The notes under the pieces are model-generated. The model worked only from the letters and a program-made list of their open reading frames with translations. It was not told where the DNA came from and ran no database searches. A stretch of DNA of 63,329 nt, the filler included, from Octopus bimaculoides (taxonomy: Eukaryota): assembly GCF_001194135.2 (NCBI RefSeq). It is 5 parts of 5 records of this genome, joined end to end, with 100 filler letters (N's around TTAATTAATTAA, not from the genome) between each part and the next. Parts side by side here need not be neighbours in the genome. Positions count along the whole stretch, not along the records: positions 1 to 17,948 come from NC_068997.1; positions 18,049 to 36,496 come from NC_068994.1; 3 more parts are not named here. One strand, written 5' to 3'. The position numbers and the translations under genes are program-made. Below are positions 14,693 to 29,299 of this stretch, piece by piece. Numbering within the stretch: position 1 is the first letter of the stretch; the number at the start of each line of letters is the position of its first letter.

Positions 14693-14949
14693 GCATACAT
14701 ACATACATATATGCATACATGCATGTATGTATATATATATATATGTGTGTATGTGTATGTGACTGAATATATGTGTGTATATATATACATATGTATGGAT
14801 GGATGTACACATGTAAATATACATTCGTGATGTGTGCGCGTATGTATATATTTATGTGCAACCCATTGAATCTGAACAAACCCGATCTTATGCTATTAAT
14901 CTACTAGCAAAATATGAAGAATCTTTGTTAGAAATCGCCCTTTGGAACC

Positions 14950-15016
<67 letters not shown>

Positions 15017-15020
15017 AATG

Positions 15021-15062
<42 letters not shown>

Positions 15063-17505
15063 TTGTCTCTGTTTGCGCCCCATCACTGCTTGACAACTGG
15101 TGTCCGTTTGTTCACGACCACGTAAATAATCGGTTCTGCAAACGAGGCCGATAGAATAAGTAGCAGGCAGCAGGCTTTAGAAAAATAAATAAATAAATAA
15201 ATAAATAAATACTGGGAGTCGATGCCCTCGACTAAAATTCCTTCAAAGCAATGCTCCGGTAGGGGTGCAGTCTAACGACTGAACCAAGTTAAAGGAAAAA
15301 AGATAAGCATATGAGTTTCATCTGCTCAGCTGGCTGAGTCCTTTATCAGATGGTCACTTCACACAATGCACAATATACGGTTTCATATATTTCTTACAAT
15401 ATGATATACATATATACAAACAGAAATATACATGTATTCACAGAAATATATTTGTCGAGAAATATACCCTCGTGAAACCAGGATTTTCTACGCTAGACGA
15501 ATTTCGGTACGAGTCAGGAATCGGACAGTGTTGATAGGCCAGAACTCGGGTTGAGCACTTACTTGGAAAAACGCTACATTTAAACCCTACAAGGACCTAA
15601 AGTTTATATATATATATCAAAAGGCTGTGTTATAACACTATTCCACAGTCACACCAACAATCCAATAATACTATTCCACATATACAAAAACAGCCATACC
15701 AACAATCCAACATATCTCCATCATCAGCTGCCCCACGGATATCATTATGGTTTCGACACCTCGGCAATACCATTCAATCCGGTGATATGTATGTATGTAT
15801 GTATGTATGTATATTTGTATATATATAAACTGAAAGTATTTATTTCTTACATCATTACACGTGATTTAGTGACTAATACCAAGTGAGTACAGGAGGAAAA
15901 GTTTCCCAAATATTTCAGTCTTATTTCATTAGCGATTGCTATATATTCATACATACCTTGATAGATGTTAAATATTTCAATAATTAAAATTGGCTTCAAA
16001 ATATTAGTGGTTAAGTGACAAAACTAGCTGATAAAGCAGTTTTGACAAAACTGCAAAATCATTCACAAATATTTAAAAGTTAAGCGCGCGCGCCTTTGTG
16101 TGTGTGTGTGTTTGTGTGTGTGCGGCGGGCTTCTTTCAGTCTCCGTCTACGAAATCCACTCACAGTTGTATGATAAAATTGTTGAAATACTTTGAGTATT
16201 GTAGAATCAACCAATTTTATTGCACTTGAAGTTTTACAAGACACTATACGGACCTCCAAAGGCCGTATGAACCGCAGTTGAGACCTACTGCGCAATGTTT
16301 TTGCGTATTGTTGCAAGGTAAATCTTTGCGAAACGCACCGGAACCTTCGCTTTTCGGTGGCAATGAAAAAAACATGTCTCTTTCCTTTCTCACGTTACAG
16401 AAGGAAAAGGGAAACTAATTGCTAAGTTTTATATCCCGTTTTATTCATATCAGAATTATTTACTGCTGTCAGTTTAAATAGGAACAACCACTTGATCTGC
16501 ATAATGAGAGCTAAGGAGCTAATTACTGTATGCATTCAATAAATGTAGTTTCTTTATTCGCATGATCAGTTTGGCTTGCATAATTGCCTCTTAATTAATG
16601 ATTCACTCGAATTAATTGGTTAATTATGCAACAAACACTGACTCTCTGTTATATCATTCATATAAATATATGTAAATATTTACACACATACACACAAACA
16701 CATATGTGTATGTATATATGTATAGTCAAATCAAACGAAAGAAAATTAAAAATTACAATAACGAAACAAGAGGGTGTGTTACGGAATGTGTTAGACGCTC
16801 AGTAAAGAGAGAAAGTTTTTGATATTTCGAGCATAGCACCACTTTGTCGGAAAGGAGAAAGGGAAAAGAAAGAAATCGCCGAAAGCACACATGTAGTTAC
16901 ATTGCTGGAGTATATATATATATATACGCGCAAGCATGTATGTATATATATATATATCGTGGCACTCCGTCGGTTACCACGACAAGAGTTCCAGTTGATC
17001 CGATCAACGGAACAGCCTGCTCGTGAAATTAACGTGCAAGTGGCTGAGCACTCCACTTATATATATATATATATATATTTACGCTCATACGGACAGATAG
17101 TTTTAAGAATTGTGTCTGGAAAACTGGACTGTCCCCATGGCATTATCATGCTCCTCCAAGACTAGTAACTTTGGTGCCGTTAATATTTGATGCAGCTCTT
17201 CGGTTCTTCCAGGAAGACATGACCAGGGAGAAGATTCTATGAAATCAATGTTCTGCGGACAAAAGTCAAGGGATAACGGTTAAAACAAGCATAAATATAT
17301 ATATCAACTATTATCATATTTATTTCTGTAAATGAATTTTCTGATGTCGAGAATTACATTTTAATCTATCAAAGACTTGTTTCTTTTCTTTAAAATAATT
17401 AACCATATCAATTGCTTGAGATATTGTATATACAGACGCTTCTTGCTCTAAAGCTGAATGTGTGTAGATATGTAGGTCTGAACATGAGAGTGTGGGAGTC
17501 TGTGT

Positions 17506-17552
<47 letters not shown>

Positions 17553-17661
17553 CAANNNNNNNNNNNNNNNNNNNNNNNNNNNNNNNNNNNNNNNNNNNNN
17601 NNNNNNNNNNNNNNNNNNNNNNNNNNNNNNNNNNNNNNNNNNNNNNNNNNNNNNNNNNNNN

Positions 17662-17719
<58 letters not shown>

Positions 17720-17912
17720 GGGAGAGAGAGTGTGTGTCATTGTGCGTGCCTCAACATAACGATTTACAAAATTTTACCGACTCAAGTACGCTTGCTCGCA
17801 TAACCACTCCCATTCATGTATATGTATGTGTGTATGTATGTCTGTATGAATATATATATACATATTTATATATATATACATATACATTTATATATGTGTG
17901 TTTATGTATATA

Positions 17913-17948
<36 letters not shown>

Positions 17949-18700
17949 NNNNNNNNNNNNNNNNNNNNNNNNNNNNNNNNNNNNNNNNNNNNTTAATTAA
18001 TTAANNNNNNNNNNNNNNNNNNNNNNNNNNNNNNNNNNNNNNNNNNNNGAGCATGTCCCTTGGTGGCTGACGATATGTGCATCTCTGATCATGAACAGAA
18101 GTAGTGGGGGAGTATCATAGCCATGTGTTGAGAAGAATTCTTTGGGGTTTGAATAATTCACCTTTGGAAACATGGGTGTTTTGCTCAACATCCTTAAACA
18201 AACCTTATTCAGGGACCTTTTGAGCGGGATGAGCTAATCGACCTGAAGAAAATTGTAACTGGGCCCCCACCTGCGAGGTCATGTGCTGTTTATCTTGATA
18301 TGAGATCACCATGTTGCGCACATATGGTTGTGACGCATGTGCCTGGTGTACCCTTATCAGGCGGGTAGTCATGATGGGTATAATGGGCTTCTTATATTTT
18401 ACCCCTGTGTCACTTTGATGGCATGCACTGCTCTTTCACTCAATAATAATAATAATAATAATAATTCTTTCTACTGGAAGTACAAGGCCTCAAATTTTGG
18501 GGAGGAGATTAAGTCGATTACATTGTCCCCAGTGCATAACTAGTACTTATTTAATCGACTCTGAAAAGATGAATGGCAAAGTTGACCTCGGCAGAATTTG
18601 AACTCAGAATGAGAAGATGGACAGAATGCTGTTAAGCATTTTGCCCGGTGTGCTAACTATACTGCCAGTTCACTACTTTTAATAATAATAATAATAATAA

Positions 18701-19620
18701 TTTCTTTATTAAACACAAAGGGTTTACATTAAAAAACATTGTGTACAGAACAGGACAAACAGAAAGTGAGGTTGCATGAAAGTCATGTAAACAATGAAAA
18801 ACAATCAATTATAGCAAAATTTCCCAAAAGGGAACTTCTAGGACTGTTCATGAAAACCTCACAAATCTATGGCAGTCCTGACCACCAGGGTAAGCACCCT
18901 TTCCACTTTGTCTACAAGCACATGCTTAGAGTAGGCCCATTCACTCGGGCCATTCTTGTGATATTGACCCACCTTTTAACAAAATTGCTGGGGTTGGGGT
19001 GGGAGAAGAACGTCCCTCTCCAACCACACTTTCTTTTTCAAGTGAAACTTGAAAAAGTTGATGAGGGCTTGGTCAAAGAGGAAAGTATCTGTCTTCAGCC
19101 CTTTCAATCTGGTCCACCACAGGCTATCAGCCAAAGAAAAACAGTCTGCCTTTCCTGGACAAAGGAAGGCAGTGGGACTATCTTCATAATAGACTCAACC
19201 AATAGCCGGATCCATTCCACATGTGACAGCAAGTGTTTGAGATAAACACACAAGCCAGAAATACTCGGGCACTGGTCAAGAGTATGCAGAATGGCTTTGT
19301 TGCTCTGTGCACATCTCAAGTAAACCCGGGTGACTGCACTTATGTGCCTGTAGAAAGTATCCTGAACAAGCAGTGCCCCACAGTAGCACGGCCAGGCCAA
19401 GGATTTCTGGAAATTATCCATAGGCCCTGGTCCGAAAGTTCTCCAGAACAAACCAGCCAACTCATTCTCATCGACTCCCAGAGTCTCCCTGAGAGTGTCA
19501 TCACACTTACTTGTCACTAACCCTTGATAGAAAGCCAACCACATTTCCTGATTGGCAGTGGTGTGTGAGTACCTAACGACACTCTAAGTGCCAGGCACCC
19601 TGCCTTGATCTATGTTTGAT
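18701..19620 (-). mobile_element. 5'-truncated L1/Tx1-clade LINE, ORF2 C-terminus and 3' end
   Basis: RETLGVDE...DNFQKSLAW...RCAQSNKAILHTLDQCP resembles a degenerate zf-RVT/CCHC region. The 3' end carries AATAAAG followed by (TTA)n. Confidence 0.72.
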
Positions 19621-19669
19621 CCAGGACTGCAGCTCAGTAACAGAGAGAAGCTGTAATAATGATGATAAT

Positions 19670-20123
19670 AATCCTTTCTACTAAAGGCACAAGGCCTGAA
19701 ATTTTGTGGGAGGGAACTAGTCGATTATATCAGCCCTAGTGTTTCACTGGTACTTATTTCGTCAACCCCAAAAGGATGATAGGCAAAGTCAACCTTGGCA
19801 GAATTTGAACTCAGAATATGAAGATGGATGGAATGCTGCTAAACATTTTGCCTGATGTGCTAACGATACTGCCAGTTCACCGATTTTAATAATAATAACA
19901 ATAAAGATAATCCTTTCTACTAAAGGTACAAGGCCTGAAATTTGGGGGAGGGGAGATTGTTGATTTTATTGACCCTAATACTCAACTAGTACATATTTTA
20001 TGAACCCTAAAAGGATAAAAGACAAAGTTGACCTCAGCAGAATTTGAACTCTGAATGTGAAAATGGATAAAATGCTGCTAAGCATTTTGCCTGGCGTGCT
20101 AACGATTCTGCCAGCTCACCACC

Positions 20124-20125
<2 letters not shown>
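19670..20125 (-). mobile_element. Two tandem decayed SINE family B copies
   Basis: Each has the core domain and an (AAT)n-associated end. Further decayed copies lie at ~18465-18680, 21360-21540, 24150-24360, 34070-34270 and 41785-42010 (-), and ~20300-20435 and 27355-27580 (+). Confidence 0.75.
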
Positions 20126-20172
<47 letters not shown>

Positions 20173-22180
20173 TAATAATGATAATAATAATAATAATAAT
20201 AATAACTAGCTGGACCTGTGAAAAATTCACGGAAAACATAAAAAATGTAAGCATCTGTAAACAGTGTACTGGTGCCATGAGAAATGTTTGTATATTATGA
20301 CTGTCTGTCTTTACATTCTGAGTTCAACTTCTGCCAAGATCGACTTTGCTTTTCATCCTTTCGGGGTCAATAAATTAAGTATTAGTTATGTATTGGGGTT
20401 GGTCTAACCAATTTGGCCCCCTCCCCACAAAAAATTCAGCCTAAAAAAGCATATTGTGACAGTTACAGAATATAGAAAGTAATGTAATACCAATGAAAGT
20501 AATGTAGCATCCAACCAAAATATCACAGTTACACAAACGTAAACGGAATTACTATTTAACCTTAAAATACATCATACATATTCAAAGAACCTTAATGTAC
20601 AAATTGAAATGCAAAAGAATGAAATAATAATGGATTTATGAATGAAAGTTTGGTAAATACGTTTATTTCCATTACGCGACACTTATTATTGCAAACATGT
20701 TTTAATTAACCTAAACTATACACACACAAACACAAATACATTCATATTTATATATATGTTTCGAGTTGTAGCTGTAATTCAAAGGGGCAAGCCTTGTTAT
20801 ATTCTGTGTGAGGCTTAATCTCCCTGAGAACTACATTAATGTTATGCATGTCTGTAGAGTACTCAGCCATTTGCGAGTTAATTTTATCCTCGCATGGTAA
20901 TGAAAAGTGAAATTGACATCCAATATTTGCTGTGTTTATGTATCCATGTATGAACTTTTCTTTGGATTTATGTATCTACTGTCTCTCTCACTTTCTCTTT
21001 TTCTCTTTCACTTCCTTTGTGTCCCTCTTCTCTCCTGCTTTTGATTTAACAATGTGTATATGTATCTATGTATTTACTTCTCTTGCAATGTGATAAACAT
21101 TCAAAAACACAAAACGAACACTGTCACCACTTACATTCTCTTTCACTCTCTCTCTTTCTTTCTCACTTTTTCTCTCTCTTTCTCTCATACATCCTCTCTG
21201 AAATATTCAAAAACACAGAACGAACACTGTCACCACTTAGTTTCTCTCTCTCTCTTGCTTTGCCACTTCTTTGAAGTAAGTGTGACACACACAACAAGTA
21301 TGTACAAAAATAAGAAGTTAGTATATTAATATTATTGATAGTAATAATAATAATAATAATAATCCTTTCTACTGAAGACACAAGGTCTGAAATTTGTGGG
21401 GAGGGGACTAGTCGATTACATTGTCCCCAGTGTTTAGCTGGTATTTCATTTATTGACTCCAACAGGATGAAAGGCAAAGTCAACCTTGATGGAATTTGAA
21501 CTCACAAAGTAGTGATGGATGAAATACCACTAAGCATTTCGTATACATATAGATGTAAGTATGTACATATACGTATGTATATATGCATATAAGTAAGTTT
21601 TATCTTATTAATTCTGATGCTCGCTCTATACGATCTTTTTACTCTTTTGTTTTTCTCTCTTATTCTTTTACCTCCTCTTCTCCCATTATTACTCTGTTAC
21701 TCTCTCTCCCTCCCTCACTCCTCCTCCCTTGCTTATGTGACCATCAGCCATCTTTCTTTCTTCTCCTAACTTGTGTTTCTTTCTTTCTCTCCATTGTAGC
21801 TGGAACAAGGAAGACGTGTTCTTGTCTGTCTCCTGTCCAAGCTTGATTTATGCATTCGCCACCACAACCTTGTTTAGGCTTAGCAGCCCTTCCTGTTTGT
21901 TTTCACTGTCCTGTTTGTGTTACCAATTTTGACCCTCCGCAAAAATCCCAAATTTTATTTGATTTGCTTTGTGTTCTATCAAAAGCGTATATTGTTGTTA
22001 AATGCTCAAAATATGAGAGTAGAAAAACAGCCAACAACTGATGAAGGGTCGCTCTTTATGTTGCTTGTCTTATTTTCCATTTGTGTTTTTTGTTGTTCGA
22101 AAAAATAGTTCATATTCCATGTACTTGTACTTTGTATTTTTTTGTTGTACACATTTCATGATGTTCTAAGCCCACACATG

Positions 22181-22214
<34 letters not shown>

Positions 22215-22239
22215 NNNNNNNNNNAATAAAAATAAACTT

Positions 22240-23330
22240 TAGGGGTGCATAAATTACACGAGTAGATCATTTCCAGAATTTATTTTGAAATTTTTTTTGT
22301 TGCAAAATGATGTACAAAATGTAAATATTCATACTGGAAGTTAGCTCATTTAATGCCAGAACAGGTTTTTATAGAAAAAATAATGGCTTAAATATGAAGT
22401 TGACTTTTATTTATGCTGGAGGGTATAATGCTTATTTTTTCTGTATAAATTTACTAAAACCATTAAATGGTTACCTAAATTTTGAAGTCTGGCGTTCACG
22501 CTGGCAAACATGGTCCGGGCCATATTTTACATTGCTTGGAGTTTCTACCAATTGCAATGGAGCACCATTGAAACACATAATGATATGGATATTCCTAACT
22601 GAAAAAAAATGTAATGATATGGATAATCTTGATTGTATGTTTTTATTTTTGTCTGTTTATTACTAGGCACAGTTTTAAATTTATTGTATTGTTTACACCA
22701 ATTTCAAACATTGGCTCTATTGCCATGTTCAGGTGCATATTCAACATATTTAATCTCTCCTTCGCAGTAAACAATTCATAAGTTCTGCCCAAACTGGCAA
22801 TAACAGTAATAACAAATTTTAAAGTTTACTTGACATTTTATAAGTGTGAAAGGGATTAAAATTTTGATCCTCCATATCCAAGGTTCCGACAAGAATAGGT
22901 GGAAAAGAATTGTGTTTACATAATCAGTTTGATCGGTCATCTTTCTCTGTCAATTGAATAAAGTGTCATCAACAACTTTTCCTGTGATTGTGATTTGAGG
23001 AGACCTACAGCTAAAGATCGGACATGACCTCTTGTGGGCAAGAAATGTAAAACAAAGTTTATTATAAACAACACAAATACTTTGTAATTTAATAGCTTTC
23101 AATGTGATACCTGTTAAACAGAAATTATCTTTATTTAATGAAAATTTTATAAAATCTAATCTAAGTAAAATTATGCTAAATACAACTAAATTGAAAACGT
23201 TTTCTGTCTGACCATATCGGAAATTCTGAAAACTTTTGGGTGCAAATTTTACATAAGTAGAAGCTTTTTTTAACAAATTTTATCCTGAAAATCACCTGCG
23301 TAAATTACACAGGCACACAAATTACATGGG
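22240..23330 (-). mobile_element. Possible old pogo/Tigger-like DNA transposon remnant
   Basis: YVEYAPEHGNRA near 22720-22760 resembles a Brinker-type DBD. The rest is too decayed; boundaries are approximate. Confidence 0.3.
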
Positions 23331-26300
23331 GTTTTATGGTATATACATATATATAAATCTGGGGGTGTTACAAGGTGAAAAGAGTTTTCTGGAAAAGTGT
23401 GTTTAGGAAATGCATGTATATATTAGGGTTGATGTTCTATATATAAATTATATATACACATACACACACACACCCATAAATGCATAATATATATGTATAT
23501 ATATTAATTGAAGTGTACGTTATTATATATCCAATACAGTTGATCTTGCCAGTTACTTTTGCACAAGGGGTTCAACGAAGTGTTAGGTAACAGCCTGATT
23601 ATGTAACCCAGCACTCTTCAGAGATGGCAGTTGTGGAATGAAACATGGCAACTGCTCTCTACTGTTGGAGGTGAAACGACACATTCAGTTTGTGGTTGCT
23701 GTGAAAGAGACAATGGAATGAACTGAGCAAGGGTTAAGTTAAGAGTTATGTCCCTTGGCACCAAAATATTGTCTCTTGTGTTGCAAGGTGACTACAGTTT
23801 TCTGGAAAACTATGTATGTTTTAGCATTGGCGTTCTATATATATATAGAACAAATAGTGAGGGATTATTAATCCAGGCAAAATAGTTCATGAGTTGCAGT
23901 TCTTCATTTATCTAAGTAATATTGCTTAGATTAGTGAAGAACTGCAAGTAATCTTGTGGTAGTGTCTAAGGTTATGGTTCATCACAATTCTATATTGTAA
24001 ATCTGTGGGTTCAAAATAATTTTTACACAAAGTGATCATCCAGCATGGATAATGAATGTTAAATGATGATGATGATGATATGTTGACCCTAAAAGAGTAA
24101 AAAACAGAATTGACCTTGGTGGGATTTCAATGAAGATATGTAGTGCTGGTTTCAAATGTTGGCACAAGGCCAACAATTTTGAGGGAGGGGATAAGTTGAT
24201 AACATTGATCCCAGTGTTCAACTGGTACTTACTTTATTGAACCTGAAAGGATGAAAGGCAAAGTCAACCTGGATGGAACTTGAACTCAGAACGTAGAGAT
24301 GAACAGAATGCTGCTAGGCATTTTGTCTGGTATGCTAACAATTCTATCAGTAACCCAACTTGAAAATGTGTAACTCTACTGTATCAGATAACTTCTACTA
24401 TAATTAAATCTACTTAGACATCTTGTCATTTGTTGTTTAGTTTATTATTCTATTGTCAGTGGTTTCAGTCATGAAGGATTTTTTGCTGCTTATATCAACA
24501 CTAATACCTAATCTGGTACTTATTTAATCTTATTCATAAGATGTGAGAATGTAAAAGAAACACTNNNNNNNNNNTTATTATTCTATTGTCAGTGGTTTCA
24601 GTCATGAAGGATTTTTTGCTGCTTATATCAACACTAATACCTAATCTGGTACTTATTTAATCTTATTCATAAGATGTGAGAATGTAAAAGAAACACTGGA
24701 ATAATGCATGTATATACGTATGCATGCATGTATGTATACATGCCTATATGTATGTAGGTATTTACATTTACATATATGTGCATGTGTGTCATCATCATCA
24801 TCTTTAATGTTCATTTTCAATGCTACCATGAGTAGGACATTTTAATAGGAACTGCACCAAACTTCAATTGTCAGTTTTGGCATGGTTTCTATGGCTGGAT
24901 GCCTTTCCTAATGCCAACTACTTTAGAGTGTACTGGGTGCTTTTTACAATGCATTGGGCACTAATGAGATTGCCAAGTAATTAGCAAGACTGAATGGGTG
25001 TAGATTGAGGGAGCTAGCTTTGTACTGGGTGATGAGAAATTAAATCATAACAGAGGTCCAGGAAGATGTGTCTTAGCTGCAGAGGAGATGCATGGTTACC
25101 CCAGTTAGAAAAAAAAGAGGATGGTAGTGAGGACATACCCTCAAGTTACAGGAATGTGACTATAAGAGAAGTGGTATGGGTGGGTAAGTAAGTTTGTGGA
25201 ATTGTGAGAGGTGAGTAACAGATGAATAGAGATTGAGATAGAGTGAAATGAAGTGGGTTCACAAGGAAGTGTTTTCAGAGTTGGTTAACCTGCAACCTTT
25301 CCTTTCAATGCTAGAAAATATTCCAGCTCCCCCAACATTATGAAGCTTATATAAAGTCATGGCAGCAAACTCATCAGAGCATTGGACATTATTATCGAAC
25401 CTCACATTATTTGTTCTGAATTCCTGTGTTCTGTGTTCAAATTCCACTGAAGTCGACTTTACTTTTCATCCTTTTGGAGTCAATTAAAAGAATCAATCTA
25501 AGGTTGTGAATTGCTGGAAATGTAAGAATGTTGGACTGGATATCTTAACCCTTTAGCATTTAAACCGGCCATATCAGGCCAAAACATTCTACCCACCTTA
25601 TGTTCAAACTGGCCCCTCACATCTATTCTACAATGTCATTCTAAAAATACATAGTCACATCATCAAATTCTTGAAGCTTCAAGATAATTCATAATTAATT
25701 CAAAACAATGTGAATAAATAAACATTACAAATGACAGGATAACCTGTATGCTAAAGGATTAAGATTCTACTCCTGCTTTTTGCATTCTGATTTCATATCT
25801 TGTCATGACCTACATGGATAGTTGATTAATCCATTGTCCAGTTTAACAACACTTGACACCTTGGCAACTTTTAGTGAAGTCCATTCTGTTTCAAGCATTT
25901 AAGCCAGGTGTCTGATTTAAGGACACCTTTCTTTCTTCTTCCTTCCCACCAGTCTTGTAGGCCCTGTAAAGAGTCATGGGTACTGTTTTCCCTCCTGACA
26001 AAAAGGTAAAAGAAAACTGAACTGAAACATCATGGAATACGGCATACCTTACATCAGTGACTGCTGTTACTACATATAGACATTCTAGAACACATCCAAA
26101 AAAGAAGTTGACCTTACTGATTGACATGGTGTTGCTCACTAACACAACCACCTCTGGTCCACAGATGTCCTATCTCCTTTCTTTACCTTTCCTACTGCTA
26201 CTATAGTGGTGACTGTTTTTCAGAGCTAGCTGGATTTGTGTCACCCTTATTAAGAACCTTCTGAATCATACATTTCCCATGTTGTATTGCCACTTTGCAC

Positions 26301-29299
26301 TACCTCATTCTCCAGAATGTTGGCTCTCTTGATTCCTTCCATGGCTATGTTTTCCCTGCATCTGTCAACTTGTAATTTTTCAGCAGGACAATCAAGTATA
26401 TCATTCTCACTCCTCTCAGGTGTATGAGTATGTGTGCACATGATGGGGGTTCTGTAAAAGCCAAGTACACAACCTCTTTTTCTATACCAAATCATAAAAA
26501 AAGGTGAAGCAACTATTCAGAGGCTCCCTTACTGGCATATCTCTGAACCATAAAAATAGGAATGGTGCTTGTTTATAAAGTCAGAAGTTTGTTGTATCAT
26601 ATAGCTCTGCTCTTTCTACTCTTTAACTACTGTACTCTAAGAAGAGAGAAAGTTTGTACACCAACCAATCTACACATTACTTTTCAGCTTGAATAAGTGA
26701 GGGAAAATTTCAGAGCTGCTCAAAACTATACAGATTTCTGCTTTAGTAAACATGTAGCCTAAAGGTCTACTTTTATATCTGAGAGCGTTGCTGCTAGAAT
26801 AAGAACAAGCCATGTGTCTTTGTCCCCCATCAGCAAGTTTGCTGTTTTCTCTATACAGGAATAGTTTAGCTCCAAATGACTGAGGTAGTATCTGTCACCA
26901 TGAAGGTTAAATAATATTGAAACACCAGGTGCTGGTAGACTAAGCAATATCTCTAGGAGCTTGGCCCAATGTGTTTTTACACAAAAATTATAAAGAAAAT
27001 ATTTCTCTGACAAAATCCTAATGCAAATGTCTTTAATGTTTTTGTATGCAAAGATGGGCTAAAAATATATGCACACATTTTCATATATATATATTTTATC
27101 TTTTACTTGTTTCAGTCATTGGACTGTGATCATGCTAAAGTATAACCTCAAAAGGTTTTAATTGACTTCAGTATTTATCCTATTAATCTATTTTGCTGAA
27201 GCACTAGGTTACATGGACATAAACAAACCAACACATGTTGTCAAGCAGTAGGTGATAGACAAGCACAAAGACACAAATCCATATATGATGAGCTTCCACA
27301 CAGTTTATGTCTACCAAATTCACTCACAAGGAATCAGTTAGCAATAAGAGAAAATACTAAATGTGGTGAGGTGGCAGAATCATTAGCATGCTCGGCAAAA
27401 TGCTTAGCAGCATTTTTGTCTGTCCTTACATCTGAGTTCAAATTCTGCTGAAGTTGACTTTTTTGCTTTTTATCCTTTTGGGGTCGATAAAATATGTACC
27501 AGTTGAGCATTGGGGTCAACGTAATCAACTTAACCCCTATCTCAAAATTGCTAGCCTTGTGCCAAAATTTGAAATCAATAACCTAACCAGTGACACTTAA
27601 CCTGAAACTACATTGTTGCAAGGCAAGCTTCTTAACAACACAGTCATACCTGCACTCACACACATCTCTCTCTCTCTCTATATATATATAATATAGATAT
27701 CACTGTAGGATGCAATTTGATACATTTCAAGAGAAACACTGAGGTAGTGTCCGACTGAATTACCTCCCCTTACATCAACTTTTTATTTTGTAGTTCATAT
27801 CTTGGCAAGACTAGAATTTATACCAGACGAAGGACTGGTGTTAACAATTGATTAAAAATCCTTACAGGTAATGGCTCAGCATGACTGCGTTACAACGATT
27901 GAATGTACTAAAAAGGAGTCTGGTTGATGTTCACTTTAATTGTCACCAAGTTAATATTTACAGCAAAGGTGTTGACCTTTTGTGGGAGGAGGTTTATAGC
28001 TTATATATAAGAAGGTGAGATGACAAAGGAAAAATGATTATCTTATGAACTTCATTGGCTTACAACTGCTTCTGCAATAAAATTCAGTGGACTCATAGTT
28101 GAGTGCCTGAGTAACACCTTATTCCTTCATCAGAAACTCAAATATGAAGTTTAAAATTGTTTATTCCTTTGTCATCTCACATTCTTATTACTGCACTATA
28201 CTCAACTAATGCTTCATTCTGAAGCATATGTAGACTGAATTCTACACCCGGTTATTAGTCTTGCAATGCTTATATATATACACACACACACACAAACTCA
28301 CCAAGTGTATAGCTTAATCTAAACTTCTACATTCTATACAGTTGCTTGAGGTGTTGAATATTGTAGTCACATCTTTGTCAATAACTTACAAACTATCTTT
28401 ATAGATTGAATTATTTAAAGAATTTCTATGTAGTTGCTTGGATTGTTCAACATAGCTGTTACAGTTGTGGCAGTAACTTTTAAATTTAATATTTTGAGCT
28501 AAATCACTTCTGTATTTGTTGCTTGAGGCACTCAATATTGCAACCACAATTCTGCTTGTAACTAACTAGCTGCTTTGTGAGATACACCACATGCTTCAAA
28601 TTGCAAATTTTAGGATGGAGAGCCCCACCATCCTCCATCACCATAAAGATAGTCTCAGTGATTAAACATATTGTTCAGCTACATCTGCAAACATAAATCT
28701 CTTGTGAACTGTTCCATGTTCTTATCTGATCTGTTGGGCAAGTAGAAACAAGAAAAGTTTCATACCTTACTCAGGGTGCTTCAAATTACACCATTGGTAA
28801 TATATCAGTGATGTGCATTCACTGATAATATAGAGTGATGTTGTGCTCATAACTCTTCTGCCAGCAAGTTGGTATCTTGACCACTAGGTCAGGAAGTCAA
28901 CTTTGCTTTTCATACTTCTGGGATAAATAAATAAAATACCAATCTAAGGTAAAAGATAGATACCAGTGACTGAGATCACAACACACTTCTTGAACAAAAT
29001 GCCAGTTACTCATTTGCAGCTGAGTGGACTGGAGCAACATGAAATGAAGTGACTTGCTCAAAAACACAACACACTAACTGGTCTAGTAATTGAAACCACG
29101 ATGTTGTGTTCATGAGTGCAAAACCTTAATCACTAGGCTGCATACCTTCACTCCTCATAAACAGATGAAAAAGAAAAAAAACTTTCCCTGTGATTTCATA
29201 AAGAAGAATTAAAAAAAAAAGAAAGTATGAAATCTTTTTGCTAGAGAAATTGTCATTCTTTTTTTAAAAAATTTTGATTTTATTATTGAATTAAATTAA

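Noticed and set aside
17993-18004. TTAATTAATTAA repeated four times across the window, as a possible regulatory or recombination site
   Set aside because: It is always embedded symmetrically in N runs and has stops in six frames, so it is a scaffolding linker.
22030-22110. Hammerhead ribozyme (CTGATGA...CGAAA) in a possibly Penelope-like segment
   Set aside because: Stems I-III and a cleavage triplet could not be built by eye. An Infernal HHR scan would be needed.
24441-24697. ~125-bp perfect direct repeat
   Set aside because: The copies flank a 10-N gap, typical of an unmerged contig overlap.
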